DNA of 64,000 bases. It comes from Oscillospiraceae bacterium (GTDB lineage Bacteria > Bacillota > Clostridia > Oscillospirales > WRJC01). Shown in pieces: positions 17,742-25,789 of this stretch. Location: positions 28,505-92,504 of the forward strand of contig WRMA01000001.1 of assembly GCA_009777355.1 (NCBI GenBank). The letters run 5' to 3'. Below the pieces are notes generated by a model. The model had not been told where the DNA came from. It worked only from the letters and a program-made list of their open reading frames with translations, and ran no database searches. How positions within the stretch are numbered: position 1 is the first letter of the stretch; every line of letters begins with the position of its first letter. A program made the position numbers and the translations under genes.

Positions 17742-17865
17742 AAGGGAAACTGCGCGCTGATAACGCGCAAATCTCCCCTGAACCGCAAAGCGGCTTGGTA
17801 TTAGATTATTATTAAAATAAATTAACCGTAATCCAATTACCGGACTGGGGCGGTTAATTTACGTC
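17742..17865 (+). ncRNA. Candidate ~120-nt antisense sRNA (module 3)
   Basis: 5' hairpin GGGAAACTGCGCG..CGCGCAAATCTCCC, small hairpin CCGCAAAGCGG, an AU-rich tract, and terminator hairpin 17822-17857. Confidence 0.45.
17822..17857. terminator. Shared hairpin TTAACCG...CGGTTAA overlapping the stop codon of the 27-aa ORF
   Basis: 7-bp stem. On the minus-strand side it is followed by TTTATTTTAATAATAAT. Confidence 0.55.
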
Positions 17866-17937
17866 TATAGAAAATAATATCATAAGTATTAATACAATAA
17901 TAATTATTATTATCCATTTCAGTATCTTATTTTTCAT
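17854..17937 (-). CDS. Small ORF, 27 aa MKNKILKWIIIIIIVLILMILFSIDVN (single TM); candidate type I toxin-like peptide
   Basis: My own translation. SD GGGGG lies 8 nt before the ATG and is paired in the hairpin CCUCC-GAAA-GGGGG. Confidence 0.5.
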   Translation of the reverse strand: MKNKILKWIIIIIIVLILMILFSIDVN

Positions 17938-17992
17938 TGATTCACCCCCTTTCGGAGGAAAACCAAGCCGCCTCACAGTTTCTGCCGACTTT

Positions 17993-18021
17993 ATTATACA
18001 CTATGTTAAATAATTTGTCAA
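17993..18021 (-). promoter_or_regulatory. Consensus promoter TTGACA-N17-TATAAT for the 27-aa ORF mRNA
   Basis: -35 at 18016-18021 and -10 at 17993-17998 on the minus strand. Confidence 0.6.
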
Positions 18022-18056
18022 TATATGTTTTAGAGTATTTTTAAAACATATATTTT

Positions 18057-18941
18057 TTATTTAGCCCCAATCCATCTCGAAAAACCGCCGCACGGAAACG
18101 GAGTTTCCGTACTTTCAGAGAAAATCCCGATTTCGCCGCTTTCAACCGCTCCGCCTGAATTATTTTTGAATATCATCGACAGCATATATCCGACGCACGA
18201 CGGCGCGAGTCCCGCCGTATATAAATTCACGAGAACGAACAACGCCCTGTCCGACAGTAAATTTTTTATTAGTTTCAGTAAATTATATAAATCGTCCTCT
18301 ATTTTCCACGTCTCGCCGCCCGAACCCCTGCCGTACGACGGCGGGTCTAATATAACCCCGTCGTACTTTTTCCCCCGTCTGATTTCCCGAAGGACAAATT
18401 TAACGCAGTCGTCCGCGATATATCTTATATTCGCGTTTTCAAGTCCGGACAATCCTGCGTTTCGTTTCGCCGTATTTATAATATTTTTCTGCGCGTCGAC
18501 ATGGCAAACGTCCGCTCCCGCCCTTGCGCAGGCAAGCGTCGCTCCGCCCGTGTACGCAAAAAGATTGAGAATATTTAAATTCTGTTTATCATTTTCCCGA
18601 CTTCGCCGGATTATATCATGCATAAAATTCCAGTTCGCCGCCTGTTCGGGAAAAAGCCCGGTATGTTTAAATCCCATAGGCGAAATCTCAAAGCTTAAAT
18701 TTAAAGGCGTATATTCAACCGTCCATTTATCGGGGATTTTTGACTTAAAATCCCAGCTGCCTCCGCCTTTGTCCGAACGGGTATATACGGCGTCGGCTTT
18801 ACGCCATAAATCGCTGTTTTTTTCTGACCATATAGCCTGAGGGTCGGGTCTTATTAAAATATATTTTCCCCATCGTTCGAGTCTTTTGCCGTCCGAGACG
18901 TCGAGCAGCGCGTAATCTTCCCAGTTTTTTTCGTATATCAT
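18057..18941 (-). CDS. Class I SAM-dependent methyltransferase (RlmI/PF10672-like, no PUA domain)
   Basis: Start reassigned to MIYEKNWEDY. It has the motifs LNLFAYTGGATLA and VILDPPSYGRG. Confidence 0.8.
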   Translation of the reverse strand: MIYEKNWEDYALLDVSDGKRLERWGKYILIRPDPQAIWSEKNSDLWRKADAVYTRSDKGGGSWDFKSKIPDKWTVEYTPLNLSFEISPMGFKHTGLFPEQAANWNFMHDIIRRSRENDKQNLNILNLFAYTGGATLACARAGADVCHVDAQKNIINTAKRNAGLSGLENANIRYIADDCVKFVLREIRRGKKYDGVILDPPSYGRGSGGETWKIEDDLYNLLKLIKNLLSDRALFVLVNLYTAGLAPSCVGYMLSMIFKNNSGGAVESGEIGIFSESTETPFPCGGFSRWIGAK

Positions 18942-18998
18942 TTTTTTAAGCACCAGAATTACAGCTTTAAATAATTTAAAATTATTTTTAAATTTTCG

Positions 18999-19027
18999 TT
19001 GACAAACAATAAAATATGTGTTAAAAT
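18999..19027 (+). promoter_or_regulatory. Promoter TTGACA-N17-TAAAAT with a ~275-nt leader before the 68-aa ORF
   Basis: Hexamers read directly. It is divergent from the methyltransferase gene. Confidence 0.5.
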
Positions 19028-19308
19028 ACCTCAAAGAGAAATAATAAATGCGGGAAGCCCGTAAAGTGAAGCAAACACTTTGCGAAATGCGTCCGGTACA
19101 GTCCACCATACACATTGATTTTCTCGAATCCCGCGATTATATTATACATCAATTAAAGCATATAGTCAAGTGTATTTTTAGTCGCGTAATAAAAAATTTA
19201 GGGATAATTTTTTATTGATGTTTTTTCGCCGTGCGTGGGTTTATTTTCCATACCCGGCATTTATTATTTCTCGGAGTGTGTGAAGTAATAAAAAAAGGGG
19301 GGAATTAA

Positions 19309-19515
19309 ATGGCAAATGACGACTTAATGCAAGGACTACAGGTGCTTCGTAATAGAGGAAATTCTGGTGATGTAGATGCGATGAAACGATTAGTAATGAT
19401 TTTCACAGGCATTATGGAACAGGCAACAAACGCTCGTGATTATTCAGCCGCAATTTCCGCGCGAGACGAAGGACAATATTGGTTAGACAAGTTGGAAAAA
19501 GCAGGTATTCGTTGA
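19309..19515 (+). CDS. Small helical protein, 68 aa, weak Sel1/TPR-like pattern
   Basis: Strong RBS AAGGGGGG and a downstream rho-independent terminator. Codon choice looks atypical for the window. Confidence 0.5.
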   Translation: MANDDLMQGLQVLRNRGNSGDVDAMKRLVMIFTGIMEQATNARDYSAAISARDEGQYWLDKLEKAGIR

Positions 19516-19553
19516 GGCAGATGGCTACCATAAACGATTTATTAAACATAATC

Positions 19554-19579
19554 AGAGCGGCTAATTCGCCGCTCTTTTT
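19554..19579 (+). terminator. Rho-independent terminator AGAGCGG-CTAATTCG-CCGCTCT-TTTT
   Basis: 7-bp GC-rich stem followed by a T-run. Confidence 0.7.
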
Positions 19580-19619
19580 GTTATCACGGGTTACGCGCTT
19601 GATGTATTTACTATCCTTG

Positions 19620-19787
19620 CCCTCTTTCGTAAAGAGGGTGGCACGAAGTGACGGGTGTTTTCGTCTCCCCGTACGCAACATCAAATTTCAAATCCCCCTG
19701 CGGCTTCGCCGCTTTCCCTCTTTGTAAAAGGGGGCTTAAAACACCCGTCAGCCGCTTACGCGACTGCCACCCTCTTTAAAAAAGAGG
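19620..19787. repeat. Composite nested palindrome (arms CCCTCTTT..AAAGAGGGTGGCA..GACGGGTGTTTT / AAAACACCCGTC..TGCCACCCTCTTT..AAAGAGGG)
   Basis: ~45-bp imperfect inverted arms. Each arm contains its own CCCTCTTT-N4-6-AAAGAGGG hairpin, and a third such hairpin sits in the centre. Confidence 0.65.
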
Positions 19788-19827
19788 GCTTTGGCGTAAA
19801 TTTAAACAATGCGCGGAACTTGAATAT

Positions 19828-21204
19828 TTATATATCCCCCAACTTCTCCAGAATCACCCTCTCTATATCTCTTGCGTATTCTGTGATAACGTCTTGTTCT
19901 TCTCCCTCGAGCATGATTCTTACAAGCGGTTCCGTTCCCGACGCTCTCAATAATACCCGTCCGTTGCCGTTTAATAAATTCTCGGCGTTTTTTACGGCAT
20001 CTAAAACTTTTCCGTCCGTCATAATCTCTTTTTTCCTGTCGTTCGCGACTTTTACGTTAAGCGCAATTTGGGGATAAGATTTCATCGCGTTGAAAATCCC
20101 GCTCGCTTTTTGACTTGGGTCAAGAGATTTATATTTTCTCAGTACGCCCAAAATTAAAACCGCAGTCAACTGTCCGTCTCCCGTCGTCGCATAGTCTGAA
20201 ACTATTATATGCCCCGACTGCTCCCCGCCTATATTCATGCCTTTTTCAAGCATACGCTCCAGAACGTATCTGTCGCCGACGTCAGTCTGTTCAACGTTTA
20301 TATTTTTATTTTCGCAGAACTTATGCAGTCCCATATTCGATAATTTAGTCACGACGACAGAATTATTTTTTAATAGTCCGCTTTTTTTCATATCTTCTGC
20401 GAGAATACAGATTATTTTATCGCCGTCTATGATTTCGCCCGTTTCATCAACAGCCAGGCATCTGTCCGCGTCGCCGTCAAAGGCGAATCCTATGTCGTAA
20501 TCCCCCATTTTCATGCGTTTTATAAGTCCGTCCATATGAGTAGAACCGCAGTTATCGTTTATATTTATACCGTTCGGTTCTGCATTTATTATACTGTAAG
20601 AAACTTTCTCTCCCCCGAATATTTTTTCAGCCGTAGCCGAAGCCGAACCGTTTGAACAGTCCGCCAGAACTTTTAAATTATATCTCGAATCTATAATTTT
20701 ATTTACGCCGGATATATTATCTATATATTTTTCGGTGAGTTTTTCGTCTCTTGTTACCCTGCCGATAAATCCGCCTGTTTTCAGCTCTATTTCCGTATAA
20801 TTATCTATGGCGTTCTCTATTTCATCTTCAAGTTCGTCGGGGATTTTATATCCCTGCGGACCGAATATTTTTATGCCGTTGTCATAAGCCTGATTATGCG
20901 ACGCGGAAATCATAACTCCCGCGGCAAAACCGCAGTCTTTGACTAAAAACGCGACAGCCGGAGTGGGAACTACCCCGCATAAAACGACGTCGCACCCTCC
21001 CGCGCATATCCCCGAAGCAATGGCGGCCTCGAACATATCTCCCGATATACGGGTGTCTTTGCCGATTAAAATCCTCGGCTTTTTATTATTTATGTTTCTT
21101 GTTAAGATATTTGAAGCCGAGAGACCTATTTTATAAGCGAGTTCAACGCTCAAATCTTTATTCGCCGTTCCTCTGACTCCGTCCGTACCGAAATATTTAC
21201 CCAT
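19828..21204 (-). CDS. glmM: Phosphoglucosamine mutase
   Basis: 458 aa with MGKYFGTDGVRG, active-site SASHN, and DGDADR. Confidence 0.95.
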   Translation of the reverse strand: MGKYFGTDGVRGTANKDLSVELAYKIGLSASNILTRNINNKKPRILIGKDTRISGDMFEAAIASGICAGGCDVVLCGVVPTPAVAFLVKDCGFAAGVMISASHNQAYDNGIKIFGPQGYKIPDELEDEIENAIDNYTEIELKTGGFIGRVTRDEKLTEKYIDNISGVNKIIDSRYNLKVLADCSNGSASATAEKIFGGEKVSYSIINAEPNGININDNCGSTHMDGLIKRMKMGDYDIGFAFDGDADRCLAVDETGEIIDGDKIICILAEDMKKSGLLKNNSVVVTKLSNMGLHKFCENKNINVEQTDVGDRYVLERMLEKGMNIGGEQSGHIIVSDYATTGDGQLTAVLILGVLRKYKSLDPSQKASGIFNAMKSYPQIALNVKVANDRKKEIMTDGKVLDAVKNAENLLNGNGRVLLRASGTEPLVRIMLEGEEQDVITEYARDIERVILEKLGDI

Positions 21205-21248
21205 GTGTTTAAAATTCTCCTTTTTTATATTATTATTTTATTTTTATA

Positions 21249-22376
21249 TTATATCCCCGATTCGCCGTCAATCAGCGACATTTGCCATGAGTTCGCCGCT
21301 CTGTACTCTATCTTTAAATGCTCGTACGCGATTCTCGTCGCGCACCTTCCCCGGGGAGTCCTGTTCAAGAACCCGATTTGCATCAGAAACGGCTCGTAAA
21401 CGTCTTCCAGAGTTATCGCCTCTTCGTTGATTGTCGCCGCGAGAGTATCGAGCCCTACCGGTCCGCCGTCGAAAAATTTTATAATCGCCTCAAGCATCCT
21501 TCTGTCCGTCGAATCGAGCCCCAGCTTGTCAATCTCAAGCATATTCAGCGCTTTGTCCGCAATATCCTTGTCTATCACCCCGCTGCCCTTTACCTGCGCG
21601 AAATCCCGCACGCGCTTTAAAATCCTGTTTGCTATACGCGGGGTTCCCCTCGAACGCGACGCGATTTCAAACGCTCCGCCCTCGTCTATTTCCATTCCCA
21701 GAATCCCCGCGCTTCTCTTGACTATTATCGCCAGATGCTCCGGCGGATATAAATCCAGCCTCTGAATCACGCCGAATCTATCCCTCAGGGGAGCCGAAAG
21801 CTGTCCCGCTCTCGTCGTCGCGCCGACAAGCGTAAATTTAGGCAGGTCTATTCTGATACTTCTCGCGGCTGGACCTTTGCCGATTATTATATCAAAAACG
21901 AAATCTTCCATCGCGGGATACAGAACCTCTTCGACGACTCTCGAAAGTCTGTGAATCTCGTCGATAAACAAAACGTCGCCGTCTGACAAACCCGATAAAA
22001 TCGCCGCCAAATCTCCCTGACGCTCAATCGCCGGCCCCGACGTTATTCTTAAACTCACTCCCATTTCGTTCGCGATAATCGACGACAGACAAGTCTTACC
22101 CAATCCGGGCGGACCGTACAGCAAAACATGGTCGAGACTTTCTCCCCGTTCTTTCGCCGCGTCTATAAAAATTTTAAGATTCTCTTTAACTTTTTCCTGA
22201 CCTATATATTCGCGTAAATTTTTAGGTCTGAGCGATAATTCGGCGTTGCCGTCGTCGTCCTGATATTTCGTCGAGACAACCCTGGTTCTCTCTTCGCCGT
22301 CATATTCGCCGTAATCGTCACTATTATTATATTCAATTTCTTGATTCTTGTTTTCTTCCATAAATAATTTATCCAA
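21249..22376 (-). CDS. ruvB: Holliday junction branch migration helicase RuvB (with ~35-aa acidic N-terminal extension)
   Basis: [12 protein letters not shown], Walker A GPPGLGKT, and DEIHRL. Confidence 0.95.
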   Translation of the reverse strand: MDKLFMEENKNQEIEYNNSDDYGEYDGEERTRVVSTKYQDDDGNAELSLRPKNLREYIGQEKVKENLKIFIDAAKERGESLDHVLLYGPPGLGKTCLSSIIANEMGVSLRITSGPAIERQGDLAAILSGLSDGDVLFIDEIHRLSRVVEEVLYPAMEDFVFDIIIGKGPAARSIRIDLPKFTLVGATTRAGQLSAPLRDRFGVIQRLDLYPPEHLAIIVKRSAGILGMEIDEGGAFEIASRSRGTPRIANRILKRVRDFAQVKGSGVIDKDIADKALNMLEIDKLGLDSTDRRMLEAIIKFFDGGPVGLDTLAATINEEAITLEDVYEPFLMQIGFLNRTPRGRCATRIAYEHLKIEYRAANSWQMSLIDGESGI

Positions 22377-22399
22377 TCGTATATTATTTTATAATTATT

Positions 22400-23026
22400 C
22401 TAAAATTTCGCCGAATTTTTCAGTCCGGTTTTTATTATATCTTCGAGAGGTTTCGTAAAGTCCGCGTCTTTAAGAGCGTCGCCGGCTTCGTTTCTCGAAT
22501 ATCCCAGGGCAATCAGAGCGTTTATCGCGTCTCCTCTGATATTTCCCGCGGCGGGCGTAGAATCGAACCCTCCCGGCGTAAACTGAGCGTCGGACTTACC
22601 CGATTTCTTCTGGACTGTGTTTTCTTTGTCTATTTTGTCTTTCAGTTCAAGAATTATTTTCTGCGCCGTTTTCGCGCTTACGCCCTGCGCCGTCGCGATT
22701 TCTTTATAATCTCCGGAGACGACCGCGTACGCGAATCTCTCCGGAGATAAAACGGACAGAACGGCAAGCGCTGATTTTACGCCGATTCCCGAAATAGAAA
22801 GCAGCATTAAAAAAGCGTTTTTCTCTGCCAAATCCCCGAAGCCCAGTAAATCGAGCGCGTCGTCTTTAACTACCAAATGCGTAAACAATTTAACTTGTTT
22901 TCCAATTTCGGGCAGTCTCGAATAAGTAGTATAAGTTATATTTAATTTATAGCCAACTCCGCCGCAATCGACGACCGCGAGATTCGCGTCTTTATAAGAC
23001 AGTTCGCCTTGTATATGATAGTACAT
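22400..23026 (-). CDS. ruvA: Holliday junction DNA-binding protein RuvA
   Basis: 208 aa. MYYHIQGEL..VDCGGVGYKL followed by an HhH region ISGIG. Lies upstream of ruvB. Confidence 0.9.
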   Translation of the reverse strand: MYYHIQGELSYKDANLAVVDCGGVGYKLNITYTTYSRLPEIGKQVKLFTHLVVKDDALDLLGFGDLAEKNAFLMLLSISGIGVKSALAVLSVLSPERFAYAVVSGDYKEIATAQGVSAKTAQKIILELKDKIDKENTVQKKSGKSDAQFTPGGFDSTPAAGNIRGDAINALIALGYSRNEAGDALKDADFTKPLEDIIKTGLKNSAKF

Positions 23027-23068
23027 GATTTATATATCTCCTTGATTTTTTTATATTTTAAGTTTCTA

Positions 23069-23097
23069 TTGACAAACATGAATATACGTGTTATAAT
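23069..23097 (+). promoter_or_regulatory. Consensus promoter TTGACA-N17-TATAAT antisense to the ruvA 5' region
   Basis: -35 at 23069-23074 and -10 at 23092-23097. Confidence 0.6.
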
Positions 23098-23103
23098 TAT
23101 AAT

Positions 23104-23220
23104 ATAATAAATGAAGAAGTTAAGGTAAACAGCAGAGATAATCAGTCCAGACTGCCGGGTGGACCGTTTTTCGGTTCTTGCGATGAAGGGGTGACTGTCC
23201 TTCTGCCTTAACTTCTTTTT
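23104..23220 (+). ncRNA. Candidate ~115-nt structured RNA closed by a 12-bp helix AAGAAGUUAAGG/CCUUAACUUCUU plus a U-run
   Basis: The promoter, closing helix (23114-23125 with 23206-23217), T7 tract and internal hairpins were all read directly. I recognise no known RNA class. Confidence 0.45.
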
Positions 23221-23513
23221 TTCATTCTTTTGAGATTATTGTCGTTAATTTTCATCAAATGCACTATTTCAAAGCAGTTTTTAAGTTCAGACATTTCGAC
23301 CAGCGCCAATGAATTATCTCTGTCATTTATTTTGGCGACTAAATTAATATAATTATTTTTAAGACCGGGAAAATATGAGGGATTATTATATAACGACTGT
23401 CCGAGTAAATAATTATATTCTTTTTTGTCAATTTCGGGGTGTCTCGATAAATTCCGGTCAATAATACTCTTTTTCAGCAGCACCGGCTTGCTTGATTTCC
23501 CTAGTTTATCCAA
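23208..23513 (-). CDS. 101-aa ORF (TTG start) resembling the C-terminal nuclease-like (PBECR-type) module of phage/ICE polyvalent proteins; possibly a truncated remnant
   Basis: The pattern LG..KPVLLKKSII.RN..RHPEI...NP......LVAK....N.LALVE....FEIVH matches by recall only. The frame is open upstream to 23640 with no start. Confidence 0.4.
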   Translation of the reverse strand: MDKLGKSSKPVLLKKSIIDRNLSRHPEIDKKEYNYLLGQSLYNNPSYFPGLKNNYINLVAKINDRDNSLALVEMSELKNCFEIVHLMKINDNNLKRMKKRS

Positions 23514-23640
23514 ATCTTCTTTATTCAGTTCGGGCAGTATATTATCGCGGTCAAAGTCGATACGTATATTATCGGCTTTTTTCTGTTTTTCAGCTTCTGA
23601 CGTTATTTCTGATATATTATCACTTTCTTCCTTGATTTTT

Positions 23641-24147
23641 TTATATTTTCGCGTTTAATATATTAAACAGAGAATTTGTCGATTTCGAGTGCGCGTGGCA
23701 TATACCAATCGCCAAAGCGTCCGCCGCGTCGTCCGGTTTGGGCATTTTTTCAAGATTCAATATATTCTTCACCATTGTCTGAACCTGGATTTTATCCGCT
23801 CTGCCGTAACCCACTACAGACTGTTTTACTTGCAGCGGCGTATACTCGCCTATATCGAGCCTGTTCTGATACGCGCACAGCAAAACGACTCCTCTCGCCT
23901 CGCATACTGAAATAATAGTCTTCTGATTCGTGTTATAAAATAATTCTTCTATTGCGAGGTCGTCGGGTTTATACATATCTATTAAATTTTTGATTTCGTC
24001 GTATATCGTTTTAAGACGTTCATGCACGGGGGTTTTCGGGGGGGTTATTATTACCCCGTAATTAATCGTCGTGAATTTATTTCTCTCAAATTTTAATACG
24101 CCGTAACCGACCGTCGCGAGTCCGGGGTCTATTCCCAAAATAATCAC
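23641..24147 (-). CDS. ruvC: Crossover junction endodeoxyribonuclease RuvC
   Basis: GTG start. ILGIDPGLATVGYG, then DAADALAIGICH at the C-terminus. Confidence 0.9.
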   Translation of the reverse strand: MIILGIDPGLATVGYGVLKFERNKFTTINYGVIITPPKTPVHERLKTIYDEIKNLIDMYKPDDLAIEELFYNTNQKTIISVCEARGVVLLCAYQNRLDIGEYTPLQVKQSVVGYGRADKIQVQTMVKNILNLEKMPKPDDAADALAIGICHAHSKSTNSLFNILNAKI

Positions 24148-24189
24148 TTTTTTATTTTCTCTTTTATTATAATTATATTTCCTGCAAAT

Positions 24190-24218
24190 ATTATAGCATA
24201 TTTTTGTTCCCCTGTCAA
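24190..24218 (-). promoter_or_regulatory. Consensus promoter TTGACA-N17-TATAAT for ruvC
   Basis: Hexamers read on the minus strand, ~40 nt upstream of the ruvC start. Confidence 0.6.
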
Positions 24219-24267
24219 ATTTTTTATTATATTAAAAAAAATTTTTAAAAAATTTTGTTTGACCCCC

Positions 24268-24296
24268 TTGACAAATTAAATTGACCGTGATATAAT
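24268..24296 (+). promoter_or_regulatory. Consensus promoter TTGACA-N17-TATAAT for the TetR/ABC operon
   Basis: Hexamers read directly. Confidence 0.6.
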
Positions 24297-24300
24297 AACT

Positions 24301-24329
24301 ATTGACCAGTTAAATTATAATTGGTCAAT
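24301..24329. promoter_or_regulatory. Probable TetR operator: palindrome ATTGACCA-N13-TGGTCAAT, with a third ATTGACC half-site inside the promoter spacer
   Basis: 8-bp inverted arms immediately downstream of the -10 box. Confidence 0.5.
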
Positions 24330-24357
24330 ATCAGAAAATTATTTAATAAAACCGGGG

Positions 24358-25011
24358 GTGATTTTATTGATTGGGCGGTTTGATTTATTTTACTCGCTCG
24401 AACCCGAAAAGCAGAAACAGATTATAGATTCGGCAATGACGGAGTTCGGCGAAAAAGGTTTCAGGCGGGCTTCGACTAACGCAATCGTCGAAAACGCGGG
24501 CATAAGCAAGGGCATATTGTTTTATTACTTCGGCAGCAAAGAAGAACTCTTTGATTTTTTGTGCGAATATACGCTCGAATTTTGGAAAGCTGAATACGCG
24601 CATAATTTTTCTTCAAAAAAATCCGGCGATTTTCTCGAACGCTGCAAGATTTTATCTGAATTTAAACGCAGGGCCATAACGGAGTTTCCCGTAATAATAA
24701 GATTTTTCGAGTGTATTTATCTTCCGGAAAACGAGGAGCGCATGAAAAAACATCAGGAAGCCGCGGCCGGGCTTCGCGAAGATATCAGAAGAAATCTCTA
24801 CGACGATATAGATTATTCTCTGTTTCGGGACGATATTGACCCTCAAAATATTATAAAATACACAAAATGGCTGATGGACAGTTACGAAGCTTCCGTTATG
24901 CAGAAAGTAAAAAGCGAGAATTTAAAGTACGACATGAAGAATTTCGACGAAGAATGGAAGAATTTCTATGATTTAATGGACGATTTGAGAAAAATATTCT
25001 ATAAAAATTAA
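24358..25011 (+). CDS. TetR/AcrR family transcriptional regulator
   Basis: N-terminal HTH FRRASTNAIVENAGISKGILFYYFGSKEELF. The start could be TTG at 24367. Confidence 0.85.
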   Translation: MILLIGRFDLFYSLEPEKQKQIIDSAMTEFGEKGFRRASTNAIVENAGISKGILFYYFGSKEELFDFLCEYTLEFWKAEYAHNFSSKKSGDFLERCKILSEFKRRAITEFPVIIRFFECIYLPENEERMKKHQEAAAGLREDIRRNLYDDIDYSLFRDDIDPQNIIKYTKWLMDSYEASVMQKVKSENLKYDMKNFDEEWKNFYDLMDDLRKIFYKN

Positions 25012-25045
25012 TTTTAAAAATTTTAAGAAGGGAGCGGTATTTATT

Positions 25046-25789
25046 ATGAAAGTAATTGAAATTAAAGAACTCGTGAAAAAATTCGGCAGGTTTACGGCTT
25101 TGGACGGCGTAAATTTAAATTTAGACGGCGGCGAGGTTCTCGCGTTTATGGGACCGAACGGCGCGGGAAAAACGACTACTATAAGAGCGCTTCTCGGTAT
25201 TATCAGGGCGACCTCCGGCAGCGTCGAGATGTTCGGCGAGGACGCCTGGGCAAACGCCGTAAAGCTTCACAGACGTATTTCTTTTGTTCCGGGAGACGTG
25301 AATCTATGGAGCAATTTAACCGGGGGTGAAGTCATAGATTTATTTATGGCTATGCGTAAAGGCGGCAAGCCCGACCGGAAAAGACGCGAGGAATATATCC
25401 AGAGATTTGAGCTTGACCCGTCGAAAAAATGCCGGACGTACTCAAAAGGAAACAGGCAGAAGGTCGCTCTCGTTTCGGCTTTTGCGTCGGACGCGGATTT
25501 ATTTATTCTCGACGAACCCACAAGCGGTCTCGACCCGTTAATGGAAAATATATTCCACGACTGCATACGCGAACAGAAAAAAGACGGGAAAAGCGTTTTA
25601 TTATCCAGTCATATTATGAGCGAGGTCGAAAAACTCGCGGACAAAATTATAATTATAAGAGAAGGCAAAATAGTCGAGAGCGGGGTAATGTCTGAAATTC
25701 TCGAGAAATTCAACGGAAGAACCCTCGAAGAGTTTTTCTTAAGCAAATATAATAAAAACGGGGGAGGCGATAAAAATGACGCAGGTTAA
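25046..25789 (+). CDS. ABC transporter ATP-binding protein
   Basis: Walker A GPNGAGKTT, signature YSKGNRQK, Walker B LFILDEPTSGLD. Confidence 0.9.
   Translation: MKVIEIKELVKKFGRFTALDGVNLNLDGGEVLAFMGPNGAGKTTTIRALLGIIRATSGSVEMFGEDAWANAVKLHRRISFVPGDVNLWSNLTGGEVIDLFMAMRKGGKPDRKRREEYIQRFELDPSKKCRTYSKGNRQKVALVSAFASDADLFILDEPTSGLDPLMENIFHDCIREQKKDGKSVLLSSHIMSEVEKLADKIIIIREGKIVESGVMSEILEKFNGRTLEEFFLSKYNKNGGGDKNDAG

Noticed and set aside
17663-17788. The N-terminal extension of the chromate-transporter ORF in the track (start at 17788).
   Set aside because: The extension has no RBS and runs across a consensus plus-strand promoter and RNA hairpins. MNKNLMLF at 17662 has a GGAGAAG RBS.
18942-19115. 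The N-terminal extension of the methyltransferase ORF (start at 19115).
   Set aside because: The extension overlaps the divergent promoter region and has odd composition. The conserved protein begins at MIYEKNWEDY (18941).
19030-19308. The long leader after the 18999 promoter, considered as a known riboswitch (c-di-GMP, preQ1, ZTP, THF and others).
   Set aside because: I could not match the conserved cores of any class I know. It is kept only as an unexplained long leader in the findings.
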